From positions 1-39,486 of the forward strand of contig JBNAVT010000004.1 in the NCBI GenBank assembly GCA_049700215.1: a stretch of 39,486 nt of DNA, written 5' to 3'. Shown here piece by piece: positions 8,414 through 17,906 of this stretch (position 1 is its first letter; each line of letters begins with the position of its first letter). This stretch comes from Thermoproteota archaeon (GTDB taxonomy: Archaea; Thermoproteota; EX4484-205; JAAOZP01). Both the position numbers and the translations under genes were made by a program. Below the pieces are notes generated by a model. The model was given only the letters and a program-made list of their open reading frames with translations. It ran no database searches and was not told where the DNA came from.

Positions 8414-9817
8414 ATGGCTAATGGCGGGTTTAGGAGAAGCCTAGGTATACCTATGGGTAGTCCGACAGTTTTTAAAGCTAGGCCGAGGGCCACGATAATC
8501 ATAATACTGGTTAACGTTCTAATATACGCCTTAGCTTCTTACGAGAACTTTTTCATAGAGGCTAGTGACTACTGGGTGAGCCTATGCGGGTTCATCCCCT
8601 CGCTTGTAGAAAACCCTTCCCAGTGGTATAGGGTTTTCATATCCATTTTTCTCCACGCGGATTTATTCCACATACTCTTCAACATGTATTTCCTCTATGT
8701 TTTCGGCAGGGCTGTTGAAAGCATCTTGGGCAAGTCGAGGTTTCTACTCCTATACTTGGCAGCAGGAGTCTTCGCCTCCATATTTCACACCGCGTTCAGC
8801 TTTATAGGAGGGTTTGCAGCCTACACTGTTCCCGCCATCGGCGCCTCTGGAGCTATCAGCGGAATCCTAGGAGCATATCTCATACTCTACCCTGGAACGT
8901 ATCTGCTAGTAGGCTGGAGCTTCATAATATTCCCGATGTTTTTCAGGTTGAAGGCGTCCTACTACATTATATTCTGGTTCGCAATGCAGGTGATCTACGG
9001 CTTCACTGGGACTGCTGGAAGCACAGCAGTATTCGCTCACGCAGGAGGATTCGTAGCGGGAATCGCGTTACTCCCGTTGCTCGTCGACAAAGAAAAGATT
9101 GTAAGGCTTAAGATAATGCGAGCATACAGTCTTCTCCCCTACTTGACGCCCATCAACTTGAAAACGAGGGGCTTAGGCTTTTCCTCTAAGATCACTGCAA
9201 CCATACTCATAGGCCTGCTTTCAGCTGGAGCAGCCTATGCTTCATCAGGATTAGCGGTTCAAGGCACTATTAAGTCGACAACAATTCAATATACTTGCGA
9301 AGAGGTTCCCTATATTGACTATGTAGGTATACAGTTGCCCGATCTAGAGTCTCAGATCTCTAGCGTGTCTCTCGACACTACGAAAATATTGTTAAGCAGA
9401 TTGAACGCGGCAGGATTGCTCTATAACGAGGCCAATTCTAACAGGGAGATAGTTTTAAGCAGCTGGAGCACCAAGCTCCCGGTAAGAATAATAATAGGGT
9501 CGTCGGTAAACATCGTCAACGTGAATACGACGATACATTATTTCAGTGGAACATATGATTCCGAAGGGTTCCTAAGCCGCGGCGAGGGGAGTTTGACGAC
9601 GCGCGTAGTAAGTGTAGTCCTATATGGGCAGCTCTACCGGCTGGTGGAAAGCGAGCCCATTACTTACGTATTTAAAACAGTGACTCAGACGGTTGACCTA
9701 ACGGGTCTGACAAGATGCACTGGAGCATTATCCCTGTTTACCGCCCTGGGGGCGCTATTCGTAGTGGTTAAAAAGGATGAGGAGTTAACACTCATAGAAG
9801 AGAGACAAATGTTTTAG
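8414..9817 (+). CDS. rhomboid family intramembrane serine protease with C-terminal extension
   Basis: FLHADLFHILFNM, catalytic GASG and AHAGG motifs; an extra ~230 aa arranged as TM-soluble domain-TM. Confidence 0.88.
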   Translation: MANGGFRRSLGIPMGSPTVFKARPRATIIIILVNVLIYALASYENFFIEASDYWVSLCGFIPSLVENPSQWYRVFISIFLHADLFHILFNMYFLYVFGRAVESILGKSRFLLLYLAAGVFASIFHTAFSFIGGFAAYTVPAIGASGAISGILGAYLILYPGTYLLVGWSFIIFPMFFRLKASYYIIFWFAMQVIYGFTGTAGSTAVFAHAGGFVAGIALLPLLVDKEKIVRLKIMRAYSLLPYLTPINLKTRGLGFSSKITATILIGLLSAGAAYASSGLAVQGTIKSTTIQYTCEEVPYIDYVGIQLPDLESQISSVSLDTTKILLSRLNAAGLLYNEANSNREIVLSSWSTKLPVRIIIGSSVNIVNVNTTIHYFSGTYDSEGFLSRGEGSLTTRVVSVVLYGQLYRLVESEPITYVFKTVTQTVDLTGLTRCTGALSLFTALGALFVVVKKDEELTLIEERQMF

Positions 9818-10060
9818 AACCGGAGCCGGGCTAGTAACATAGCCGTTTCGCCAGCATCATTTTCACAGAAAAACCAGATGGGCAAATACTTGAGCAAAAA
9901 GTTGCAAAAATCTTAAAAGCGTTTCGAGCACGGCGTTAACTGAAATGCCCAGAAAAAACCGTGGAAGACAGGCGTCAACTCTCTTCAGGCGATTACATCC
10001 AGAATTCACATTTAGTGAGCCATTTTTAAATATGTTTCCAACACGCCTGGTGATGGAAAC

Positions 10061-11071
10061 ATGAATGTCGGAACCAGTTTCACGCTGAAGACGGTTATTG
10101 TGAAAAAACCGGCTCAGGAAACCCTTGTTCAGGCTACGGGTCTTAGAAAGACCTATAGATCGGGAGGAAAGCAGACGGCTGCGCTTCAAGGCGTCAGCTT
10201 CAGCGTTAAGGAGGGCGAAATAGTCTGTCTTCTAGGTCCCAATGGGGCGGGCAAGACTACGTTGGTAAAGATCCTGAGCACCCTCCTGTTCCCTGATGAG
10301 GGACAAGCATGGGTCGCTGGCTACGACGTGGTTTCTCAAGCCGATAAGGTTAGGAGAATAATTGGCTACGCGGGACAGGATAGCGAGAGATCCGCTTTCT
10401 TCAGGTTGACGGCTAGGGAGAACCTGATTTTCTTCGCTACTGCTTTCCACGGGTTACGCAAGCCTGAAGCCAACGAAAGGATTGAGGAAATGGCTAGAGA
10501 ATTCGATTTCAAAGATTGTCTAGACCAGTATTTCATCGCGCTTTCAGGAGGCCAGAAGCAGACTTTCGTAATAATGAGGTCTTTAATCACCCAGCCGAGG
10601 ATCGTGTTCATGGACGAGCCTTCTAAATCCCTTGACCCGCTTACCGCCTCCAAAGTTAGAAAATACTTGAAGGATTACGCTAAGGCGAGAGGAGCCGCCA
10701 TAATTGTGACCACGCACAACATGAGGGAGGCGGAAGAGATAGGAGACAGGGTAGTCATGATGAACAAGGGTAAGATCATTTTCGACGGTACTCCGGAGGA
10801 AATGAGGGAATCCGTAACCAGAACCGAGGTCATTCAGATAAACGGGAACAACGTTCACGAGGATATTAGGAACAAGTTGGCTTGTCTCGAGGGAGTTATA
10901 GGTGTTCAACTGGAGAACTCTGACCTGAGGATTTACTGTAAAGATGCTTACGCAACCCTGCCGGCGGTGGTGAACATTCTGAAAAACAGTGGGCACAGGC
11001 CTGCAATAAGGATAGAGAGCTTAACGCTTGAAGAAGCCTTTAAGATAATGGTTGAGGGTGAGGAAAGATGA
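10061..11071 (+). CDS. ABC-2 exporter ATP-binding protein
   Basis: GPNGAGKTT, LSGGQ, VFMDEP, TTHNM. The start codon is uncertain (could be GTG near 10100). Confidence 0.9.
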   Translation: MNVGTSFTLKTVIVKKPAQETLVQATGLRKTYRSGGKQTAALQGVSFSVKEGEIVCLLGPNGAGKTTLVKILSTLLFPDEGQAWVAGYDVVSQADKVRRIIGYAGQDSERSAFFRLTARENLIFFATAFHGLRKPEANERIEEMAREFDFKDCLDQYFIALSGGQKQTFVIMRSLITQPRIVFMDEPSKSLDPLTASKVRKYLKDYAKARGAAIIVTTHNMREAEEIGDRVVMMNKGKIIFDGTPEEMRESVTRTEVIQINGNNVHEDIRNKLACLEGVIGVQLENSDLRIYCKDAYATLPAVVNILKNSGHRPAIRIESLTLEEAFKIMVEGEER

Positions 11072-11874
11072 GCAACATTCTAACAATGATTAGAATGACC
11101 GTATGGAGAAGAATAAGGGAGATAACGCGCTATAAGCTGAATTTCACCGTGGAGTTGATAATGAGCTTCATATGGGGCCTTGGTCTCATGATATTTGGGT
11201 TCGTAATAGATCCTTCGAAGCTCGGCGAGATTGGAAGCTCGAACTACGCCGTATTCCTCCTAATTGGAGTTGCTTTCCAAAACTATCAGGGTGCTGCAAC
11301 CTGGGGAGCCTGGGAGATAAAGGATGAGCTAACCAGGGGGCAGATCGAGTACACGTTCGCTTCACCAGTCTCGAGATACGTTTACATGCTTTCCTCATCC
11401 ATTTCTCAAGCCATTGTCGGCACATTATTTGGAGTAATACCGATGTTTGCGACAGCATTCATTCTCCTAGGCAGCTTTCCACCCGTGTCCGCATTCCTAA
11501 TGACCTGCATCACGCTATTTCTAACCTTCCTTGCCCTATGTCAAATAGGCGTGATAATGTCGAGCGCAATACTGCTTTTCAAAGATGTTTCAGCAGTAAT
11601 GTCCATCCTCAATTTTCTCTTTCAAATAGCAACGGGAATGTTCGTCCCCCTCCAGTTTATGCCTGACCCATTAAAAATCCTTGCATTCCTCATACCTCTA
11701 ACCCACGGGATAGATCTTTCACGCCACTTCATAATGGGGACCAGTACGGTTTGGCCGGTGGAAGTGGAGCTTGGAATGCTACTCGCCTTCATACTTGGTT
11801 TCGGCCTACTCGCAAAAGCTGCAATATTCCATCTGGAGAGAAAGGCTAAGAAGGAGGGTCTTGCCCTAGCATAG
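11068..11874 (+). CDS. ABC-2 exporter permease
   Basis: Six TM-like segments, GQIEYTFASPVSR and MPDPL..IPLTHG motifs; ATGA overlap with the ATPase gene. Confidence 0.88.
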   Translation: MSNILTMIRMTVWRRIREITRYKLNFTVELIMSFIWGLGLMIFGFVIDPSKLGEIGSSNYAVFLLIGVAFQNYQGAATWGAWEIKDELTRGQIEYTFASPVSRYVYMLSSSISQAIVGTLFGVIPMFATAFILLGSFPPVSAFLMTCITLFLTFLALCQIGVIMSSAILLFKDVSAVMSILNFLFQIATGMFVPLQFMPDPLKILAFLIPLTHGIDLSRHFIMGTSTVWPVEVELGMLLAFILGFGLLAKAAIFHLERKAKKEGLALA

Positions 11875-11997
11875 ATTACCGTTGCGTTTGGTTAATGCTC
11901 TCCGTTTTCCCACCCGGCCGGCGCGCGCTAAACCCTATTCGAAACGAAAGACACTCGCGTCCAGAGCCTCTCAGAATGCTTTTAATAAAACGAGGGC

Positions 11998-13362
11998 TCA
12001 CTTAAAATGCTTCGCCATCTCCAAGTTCTCCGGCATTGAAAGAATATCGTCTATAACCTGGTTAACCTGCTCCGTAGATTTTGTCCTAGGGTCTGTTATA
12101 AGCCATTCGAAAAGGGTGTCTCTACCACCTTCTAAGAATGCTTCAAGAGCCCACTCCATCCTCATCATCCTTGGACGGAGAACATAGTTTACTATGCGTC
12201 TCGGAAGTCTTTCAACCCTCATCCTGTGAGCACCCTTTCCATCGACCCTTGCAGGTATTTCGACAGCAACATCGTCAGGCAAGTCATCTATCGTATCCTT
12301 ATTTAAAACGTTAACCTGATAGACACCCTCCTTATCGTTCATCAAGGAGTCTATTATCGGAACAACCGACTCATGGCTGAGTTGAGTAGGCAGCACGCTT
12401 GTCAAAGGCGCAGGATCCTTTATGGCCGCCGCTATCGTGTCAAAGTTGTACTGAAGCATATCCAAGTATACTTTCCAACCGGTTTCGGAATCCGGGCCTG
12501 CCAGAGACCCGTACCATTTTCTCTTCGTCTCTAGGTCCCAGTGGTATTTCCATGTTCCGCCTCTAACAGTGTCTCCGACTGGGAAAAGCCCGTAGATCCT
12601 GTACATGTCGACAGCCGCTGGAGACATTTGTACGTCGAACGGGTTTACTTGATCCTCGCGCCATACCCTCCAGTATTCTTCAGCCCTATTCCTTATCCAG
12701 TCGTCTATAAGAGGGTAAGCATCCTCTCCGTCGTGTTTAAACCTAGTTAGCCAGATAACGTGATTAAAGCCAATGGCTTCGAAATCAACATTCTTAGGGT
12801 TAAGCCCCAGGATGCGGGATATCTCCAGATACCCTAGGTGACCGTGGCAAAGCCCTATTACCCTCGTCTTAGTCTCCCTGCTTATGAGAGTTGTTAGCTC
12901 GAAGACAGGGTTGGCGAGCTGGAGAAGCCATGCTTCAGGGCTCAGCTCCTCAATGTCTTTCGCGACGCCTAACGCAAGCTTAAACTGGTAGTAGCCCCAT
13001 ATCGTATGATAGTCTGAAATCATGTTCCACTCAACACTATTAATGCCCCTGTAGTATCCATGCTTCTCGGAAACCTGCCTCATCTTCTCATAGTAAGAGT
13101 GGCCTCCCGCCATGGCAGTGTTTATCACCGCGTCGGAATCCTTCAACGCAGCCCTCCTGTCGGTTGTCTTCTCGAAAGCCAGATCCGCCTTAACCTCAGA
13201 AGCATACCTCTTCGCGAAAGCGTAGATGAGGTTCAGCCTCTCCTCGTTTATATCCATGAACGTGACTACTGACCCTCTGAGGCTCGGGGTTAAGCATAAG
13301 TCTCGAACCAGTGTTGCAGACCAGGCGAGGCTCCCTGCTCCAATAACAGCTATCTTCACCAT
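11998..13362 (-). CDS. glycoside hydrolase family 4 (NAD+/Mn2+-dependent alpha-glucosidase/galactosidase/glucuronidase type)
   Basis: N-terminal KIAVIGAGS Rossmann motif, QLANP, GLCHG metal-binding Cys, GFNH; no signal peptide. Confidence 0.92.
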   Translation of the reverse strand: MVKIAVIGAGSLAWSATLVRDLCLTPSLRGSVVTFMDINEERLNLIYAFAKRYASEVKADLAFEKTTDRRAALKDSDAVINTAMAGGHSYYEKMRQVSEKHGYYRGINSVEWNMISDYHTIWGYYQFKLALGVAKDIEELSPEAWLLQLANPVFELTTLISRETKTRVIGLCHGHLGYLEISRILGLNPKNVDFEAIGFNHVIWLTRFKHDGEDAYPLIDDWIRNRAEEYWRVWREDQVNPFDVQMSPAAVDMYRIYGLFPVGDTVRGGTWKYHWDLETKRKWYGSLAGPDSETGWKVYLDMLQYNFDTIAAAIKDPAPLTSVLPTQLSHESVVPIIDSLMNDKEGVYQVNVLNKDTIDDLPDDVAVEIPARVDGKGAHRMRVERLPRRIVNYVLRPRMMRMEWALEAFLEGGRDTLFEWLITDPRTKSTEQVNQVIDDILSMPENLEMAKHFK

Positions 13363-13466
13363 GACTGCTCGTTTCAGACCTTGCTCAGGATTTTATAAAC
13401 CTAGTGTATCAGTCAAGCTCAAAACCAACTAAAAATTAAAATACTTAGAACCTAGCTTTTTCCGCC

Positions 13467-13676
13467 ATGGAGTGCAGAAGGGAGAGGAACTTGAAGAACT
13501 GCCCTTGCACATGGCCGGATTGCCCCCGGAAAGGAATATGCTGCGAATGCATAAGTTATCATAGGGTGCATGGAGAGCTTCCAGCATGCTTCTTCTCCAG
13601 GGAGGCTGAGAAAACATACGACAGGTCGGTGGAAAACTTCGTGAGAGACAGGTTTCCAAATTTAAGAGTGAGTTAG
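13467..13676 (+). CDS. small Cys-rich protein (DUF6485-like)
   Basis: CPCTW..CPRKGICCECISYH...ELPACFF..EKTYDRS pattern; divergent from GH4. Confidence 0.75.
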   Translation: MECRRERNLKNCPCTWPDCPRKGICCECISYHRVHGELPACFFSREAEKTYDRSVENFVRDRFPNLRVS

Positions 13677-13708
13677 AAGGTTCAAAATTTAGAGATGGGT
13701 TCTCTCCA

Positions 13709-14902
13709 ATGGGTTTGAAAGAGAGGGAAAACAGGGATTTTAAAGGTGTTCTTGCAGGCGGCCTGCTCTATCAGGCAGCCTCCTCGATGCAGGGGGCAAT
13801 AGCGTCCCCCTTCTTCAACAGCAAAGGCATTTCTCCGAGTCAAATAGGCGTATTAAACTCTGTCAGCTGGAGCATCATAAGCTTCACCTCCATGCCGTTC
13901 GGCAGACTCTCCGACTTCACCGGTAGACGCACCCCGCTTATGATTTCCAGTATTCTAGGCGCTTTAGCATGCATAACAGTGTATTTCGCAACGAATATTT
14001 TCACAGCCTTATCTCTCTATATTCTAATCGGTTTTTCGACAGCCTTGTTCACTCCTAACAATAGCGCCCTAATATTCGAGAGCACTGAATACTCTAAGGC
14101 TCCGCTCTTCTTTGCCGTTTTCTATCTTGCAACCCTAGCCGGGTCATCGCTGAGCTCATTTTTAGCCGGCTGGCTTTCGAAAATATTTGCAGCAGAACTA
14201 CCGTTTTTTACCGCTTCAATGCTCTTCCTTCTGTCCATCCCGATTTATTCGCTCCACATTGCCGGAGGAGGGGGCAGAGCGGCGGGAAACAGGCTGAAAG
14301 CTTTAGCAAGCTCAGTCGACATCAGAACAATGCTAAAAATGCTTGGGCGGAATCCGCAGCTAGTCTCCTACGGTTTCTCAATCTTTTTTCATGAACTGGG
14401 TTTCTTCATGATCTCCCCCTACATCAGTCTTTTCGCCCAGAGGATCGTGGGGTTAGACATGGCTGGAGTCGGAATGGTCATCTCGATTTGGAACATTGGG
14501 CTGGCGGTCGGCTTCCTTCCATGGGCATGGGTCACAACGAGAAAGGGAAGCTGGAGAATGATGCTGGCGCACCTGGCAGTATCCTCGCCAACCTGGGTTA
14601 TTCTCGCTTTATCAGACAGCTTCGCATCCATGGGGCTCTACATTTTTCTTTTCGGGCTTGTAGGGGCGATGGATCTTCCCGCCAGGAGGACGCTTACGGC
14701 AGAGATTTGCCAAGGTGAAAACCTTGGGGAAGCAATGGGATTCATAGAGCTCAGCAATGGCCTGGGCGGGGTCTTCGGGGGAATAGTTGGGGGTGTCCTC
14801 TGGGAGGGTTTTGGACCAGCATCCATATTTTACGCGGCCAGTGTTCTAACACTTTTTTCAGCAGCACTGTTTTTACTAGTTAGAAAACCGCCGGGAAATT
14901 AA
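13709..14902 (+). CDS. MFS transporter
   Basis: About 12 TM segments; GRLSDFTGRR motif A after TM2. Confidence 0.9.
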   Translation: MGLKERENRDFKGVLAGGLLYQAASSMQGAIASPFFNSKGISPSQIGVLNSVSWSIISFTSMPFGRLSDFTGRRTPLMISSILGALACITVYFATNIFTALSLYILIGFSTALFTPNNSALIFESTEYSKAPLFFAVFYLATLAGSSLSSFLAGWLSKIFAAELPFFTASMLFLLSIPIYSLHIAGGGGRAAGNRLKALASSVDIRTMLKMLGRNPQLVSYGFSIFFHELGFFMISPYISLFAQRIVGLDMAGVGMVISIWNIGLAVGFLPWAWVTTRKGSWRMMLAHLAVSSPTWVILALSDSFASMGLYIFLFGLVGAMDLPARRTLTAEICQGENLGEAMGFIELSNGLGGVFGGIVGGVLWEGFGPASIFYAASVLTLFSAALFLLVRKPPGN

Positions 14903-14963
14903 TGGAATCACTCCTTTTATGTTAGAGCTAAAAATTTAAGTAATTAAGCAAGATGTTGAAACC

Positions 14964-16049
14964 ATGAATTCTAGAGAACGAGTGTTAAGAGTATTAAACC
15001 ATGAGGAGGCAGACAGGGTTCCCTTCATAGATTTCCCATGGGGCGAGACTCTGGAGAGATGGTATAGCGAGGGCCTGCCGAGAGGAGTCTCTCTGCACGA
15101 TTATTTCGGCTATGATATTTATTTAATAGGGCCGGACGTAGGCCCCAAGTACGATACTATCATTCTCGAGGAGAATGATAAGTTTCGAACCTACATAGAC
15201 TCCTGGGGTGTGAGAGTGAAAGCCTGGATCGGCAGGAGCGGCACGCCTCATCCAGCCGGACCGCCACCAGTGTCGACAATCGAAGACTTTAAAGAGAAGC
15301 TTGAGCCCCTCCTGGATCCTGAGTTGCCAATCAGGGTTTCGAGCAGTAGGTACCCCTTTAGGAAAGAGCTTGAAGAAGGCATAAGGAAACTGAAGGAACG
15401 TTACGCCGTGTTCTGTTCTATAATAGGCCCTTTCGAAACAACTAGACACATACTTGGGGAAAGCGTAGACAAAGTGTTGATCACTATATACAGGGATCCG
15501 AGCCTCGTCAAATATATTTTCAGACACCTGGGCCAGTATTTCTCCAGGATTGTAGAAACCTATCTTAAGCTTGGGGTTGACGGACTATGGATCTGGGAGG
15601 ACATGGCTTACAGCAAGGGACCATTTTTCTCCCCCAGGGTTTACGATGAGTTCGTGAAGCCCGTGCATGCTCAAATGACTTCTGCCTACAGGGCAAGGAA
15701 TATGCCGGTTGTAATACATACAGACGGTAATGTGAATCTGCTGATTCCAAAATTGATCGAAGCCGGGTTCACAGCCATACAGCCATTGGAGGTTAAGGCA
15801 GGTATGGATGTTGTTGAGCTGAAAGAAAAATACGGGAAGACTCTTTCTTTCATTGGAAACCTGGATGCCAGGAAGATCGCTAATCCAAAGGAAATAGAGG
15901 GCGAGATATCTCGTAAGATAGCTGTCGCTAAAAAAGGCGGGGGATACATAGCTTGCTCAGACCACAGCATTCCACCTGATGTTTCTCTCGACGCATTCCA
16001 CGAATACATAAGGCTAATAAGAAAATACGGAGCGTATATGCCGCAATAA
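14964..16049 (+). CDS. uroporphyrinogen decarboxylase/MtaA-like TIM-barrel protein of unknown substrate
   Basis: MNSRERV...EEADRVP start, WEDMAY..GPFFSP, HTDGN, QPLEVKAGMD, GGGYIACSDHSIP. Confidence 0.85.
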   Translation: MNSRERVLRVLNHEEADRVPFIDFPWGETLERWYSEGLPRGVSLHDYFGYDIYLIGPDVGPKYDTIILEENDKFRTYIDSWGVRVKAWIGRSGTPHPAGPPPVSTIEDFKEKLEPLLDPELPIRVSSSRYPFRKELEEGIRKLKERYAVFCSIIGPFETTRHILGESVDKVLITIYRDPSLVKYIFRHLGQYFSRIVETYLKLGVDGLWIWEDMAYSKGPFFSPRVYDEFVKPVHAQMTSAYRARNMPVVIHTDGNVNLLIPKLIEAGFTAIQPLEVKAGMDVVELKEKYGKTLSFIGNLDARKIANPKEIEGEISRKIAVAKKGGGYIACSDHSIPPDVSLDAFHEYIRLIRKYGAYMPQ

Positions 16050-16080
16050 GCCGGATCCTGTAAAGAGAGAAAGGAACTAA

Positions 16081-16112
16081 TTTAAAAGAAAAAAGTAAAA
16101 AAATAATTTAAG
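16081..16112 (-). terminator. oligo-T tract, likely archaeal terminator for the 16124-16834 gene
   Basis: aaaagaaaaaagtaaaaaaa on + reads as multiple T-runs on -, just past the stop, between convergent genes. Confidence 0.5.
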
Positions 16113-16123
16113 AGAGTATAGAA

Positions 16124-16834
16124 TTATGGCCAGAGCAACTGCCCCGAATAGGTCAGGGTGGCGTCGCTATTTGGGTTCCCCACTACAACATAATTGATTC
16201 CAGAGTCGAGGACTGTCAGAACCCCGGTCCAGCTGCCTCCAGTCAGTATGTAGCCTTGCCCTCTTCCGGTTTCAGCACATAGGGTGGACACCACTATTGG
16301 CTTGTTTGCCGGTTCCCACGTTATTGCTACTCCTATCTTTGCACCCGCTGTCTCGTAGTAACCGCCGTACATGTCTGAAGTTTGGGGAAGAAGTGTTCCG
16401 TCAATCGGCTCGCCTACTGAAGACGGTTCCGGCCTCGAGAAAGTTAGAAATGTAAGGGTGAACCTAGCTTTCGCAGAGCCTGAAACTTCTGTCGGTTCAG
16501 ACAGGAACTTCCAAGACGCGATCCAGAAATCTCCCTTCCCTTCAGTGGGTAGTCCTGAAGCCTTGATGATGAAGCCCCAGCGGTTAACTCTCAATACTTT
16601 TCCGTCATCTAGCTTGATTTCCTCCACGATTGGAGGAGGCCATTTATAGGGATCATTTGCAGGGTTCTCTATCGTTAGAGCCTGAACATTGACCGAAATT
16701 AAATCCGCCGAATCTGCCTCTGCGTGACGCGTTACCCCGCCTTGCAATATGACTATTACCGCCAAGAAAAGGAAAATTAGAGCAAGACTTAAAGTAGAAT
16801 AATTTCTCTTGGACCATGTTTCTATTCTTCTCAT
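16124..16834 (-). CDS. hypothetical membrane-anchored or secreted protein, beta-rich
   Basis: Start reassigned to ATG 16834, which follows the RBS GGAGGTGA. N-terminal hydrophobic stretch (LSLALIFLFLAVIVILQG) followed by a beta-strand-like domain. Confidence 0.65.
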   Translation of the reverse strand: MRRIETWSKRNYSTLSLALIFLFLAVIVILQGGVTRHAEADSADLISVNVQALTIENPANDPYKWPPPIVEEIKLDDGKVLRVNRWGFIIKASGLPTEGKGDFWIASWKFLSEPTEVSGSAKARFTLTFLTFSRPEPSSVGEPIDGTLLPQTSDMYGGYYETAGAKIGVAITWEPANKPIVVSTLCAETGRGQGYILTGGSWTGVLTVLDSGINYVVVGNPNSDATLTYSGQLLWP

Positions 16835-16977
16835 ATTCTCACCTCCTTTCATCGAGAGACGTCTAAAGTGCAATATATAATACCTTATTTCTAGACCTGA
16901 TTTAGTGCGCCATATCCTGCTTGTCCAGAATTCTAGACTTGAAAAGCCTTAAATCGTGTGTGAGATGTCTGGAATCG

Positions 16978-17787
16978 ATGGAGGGTAAGGATGATTCGTT
17001 AAGAAGGGCTGAGCTCTTCGATGTTCTTGCGCACCCTGTGAGGATAAGGATATTGAAGGTGCTTCAGCGGGAGCCTATGGGTTTCTCCGAGCTTAAGAAG
17101 GCTCTGGGGATGGAGAGCAGTGGTCATCTTCAGTATCATCTGGATAGGCTGGGCAGCATGGTGAAGCAGGATGCCTCTGGAAAATATGTGTTGAGCGATG
17201 ATGCGAGGGAGGCTTTACGGTTTACACTGCTGGTTGAACAAATGAGCTCAACAAGGCCGATGGGCTTTTGGAAGAAAAGGGTGCTTAGGATTCTAGGCCT
17301 GACCATAATCGTGGCCCTACTGTCGGCTGTGACGATTCTTGAGATCCACCTGGTTTCTTCCAGAGGGATACTGCTCTACGAGAATCTCGATCTTTCAGAA
17401 GACTTTCTCACAGTGGGAGGCTTAAAGTTTAGATACCTGCTGGTAACCACGAGTAGGCTGGAAAACGGTACTAGAATAGTCTTCAAAGGAGTAGTCTTCA
17501 CCTACCTTGCCCCAACAATACTCTGCCTGCGCGAACATCTTATAGCACCCCAACACATATCTGACATGGAAGTGTTTTCCGCCGGGGTTAAAGTGGAGTA
17601 CGAGGACGGGTCGTCTGAAATAATCCCTATTTTACCCTCGGCTGGTGCGCGCGAAACACCGGGGCTCTCTTTCTTTCTAGATCAAGGAGTAATACTTTAC
17701 TCCCCTTTTCAAGATAAAGAAAAAATAAGGGCTTTAGCACTCCAAATAGGGCCTCAAACCATAGTGTTATTGGTTAGAGCAGAATAA
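16978..17787 (+). CDS. ArsR-type winged-helix regulator with a TM helix and C-terminal extracytoplasmic domain
   Basis: LFDVLAHPVRIRILKVL..PMGFSELKKALGMESSGHLQYHL HTH, then KKR plus a hydrophobic helix. ATG 16978 preferred over TTG 16921. Confidence 0.8.
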   Translation: MEGKDDSLRRAELFDVLAHPVRIRILKVLQREPMGFSELKKALGMESSGHLQYHLDRLGSMVKQDASGKYVLSDDAREALRFTLLVEQMSSTRPMGFWKKRVLRILGLTIIVALLSAVTILEIHLVSSRGILLYENLDLSEDFLTVGGLKFRYLLVTTSRLENGTRIVFKGVVFTYLAPTILCLREHLIAPQHISDMEVFSAGVKVEYEDGSSEIIPILPSAGARETPGLSFFLDQGVILYSPFQDKEKIRALALQIGPQTIVLLVRAE

Positions 17788-17906
17788 AGACTTCCCTACA
17801 TAACTTTGCAAAGACTGCACCTTGTCAGCATGTGGATAGTAATGACGATGTACATGTATCAAATTAATAAGCATCCATGTTTTTTTAAAAAAGTGAAGCG
17901 GAGAAT

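Noticed and set aside
9863-10189. 108-aa minus-strand ORF
   Set aside because: It overlaps the ABC ATPase start and its promoter and has no recognisable motifs.
17803-17892. Short palindromes upstream of the Asp-box gene (ctttgcaaag, tacatgta, T-run/A-run)
   Set aside because: Short, mutually unrelated and expected by chance in AT-rich intergenic DNA.
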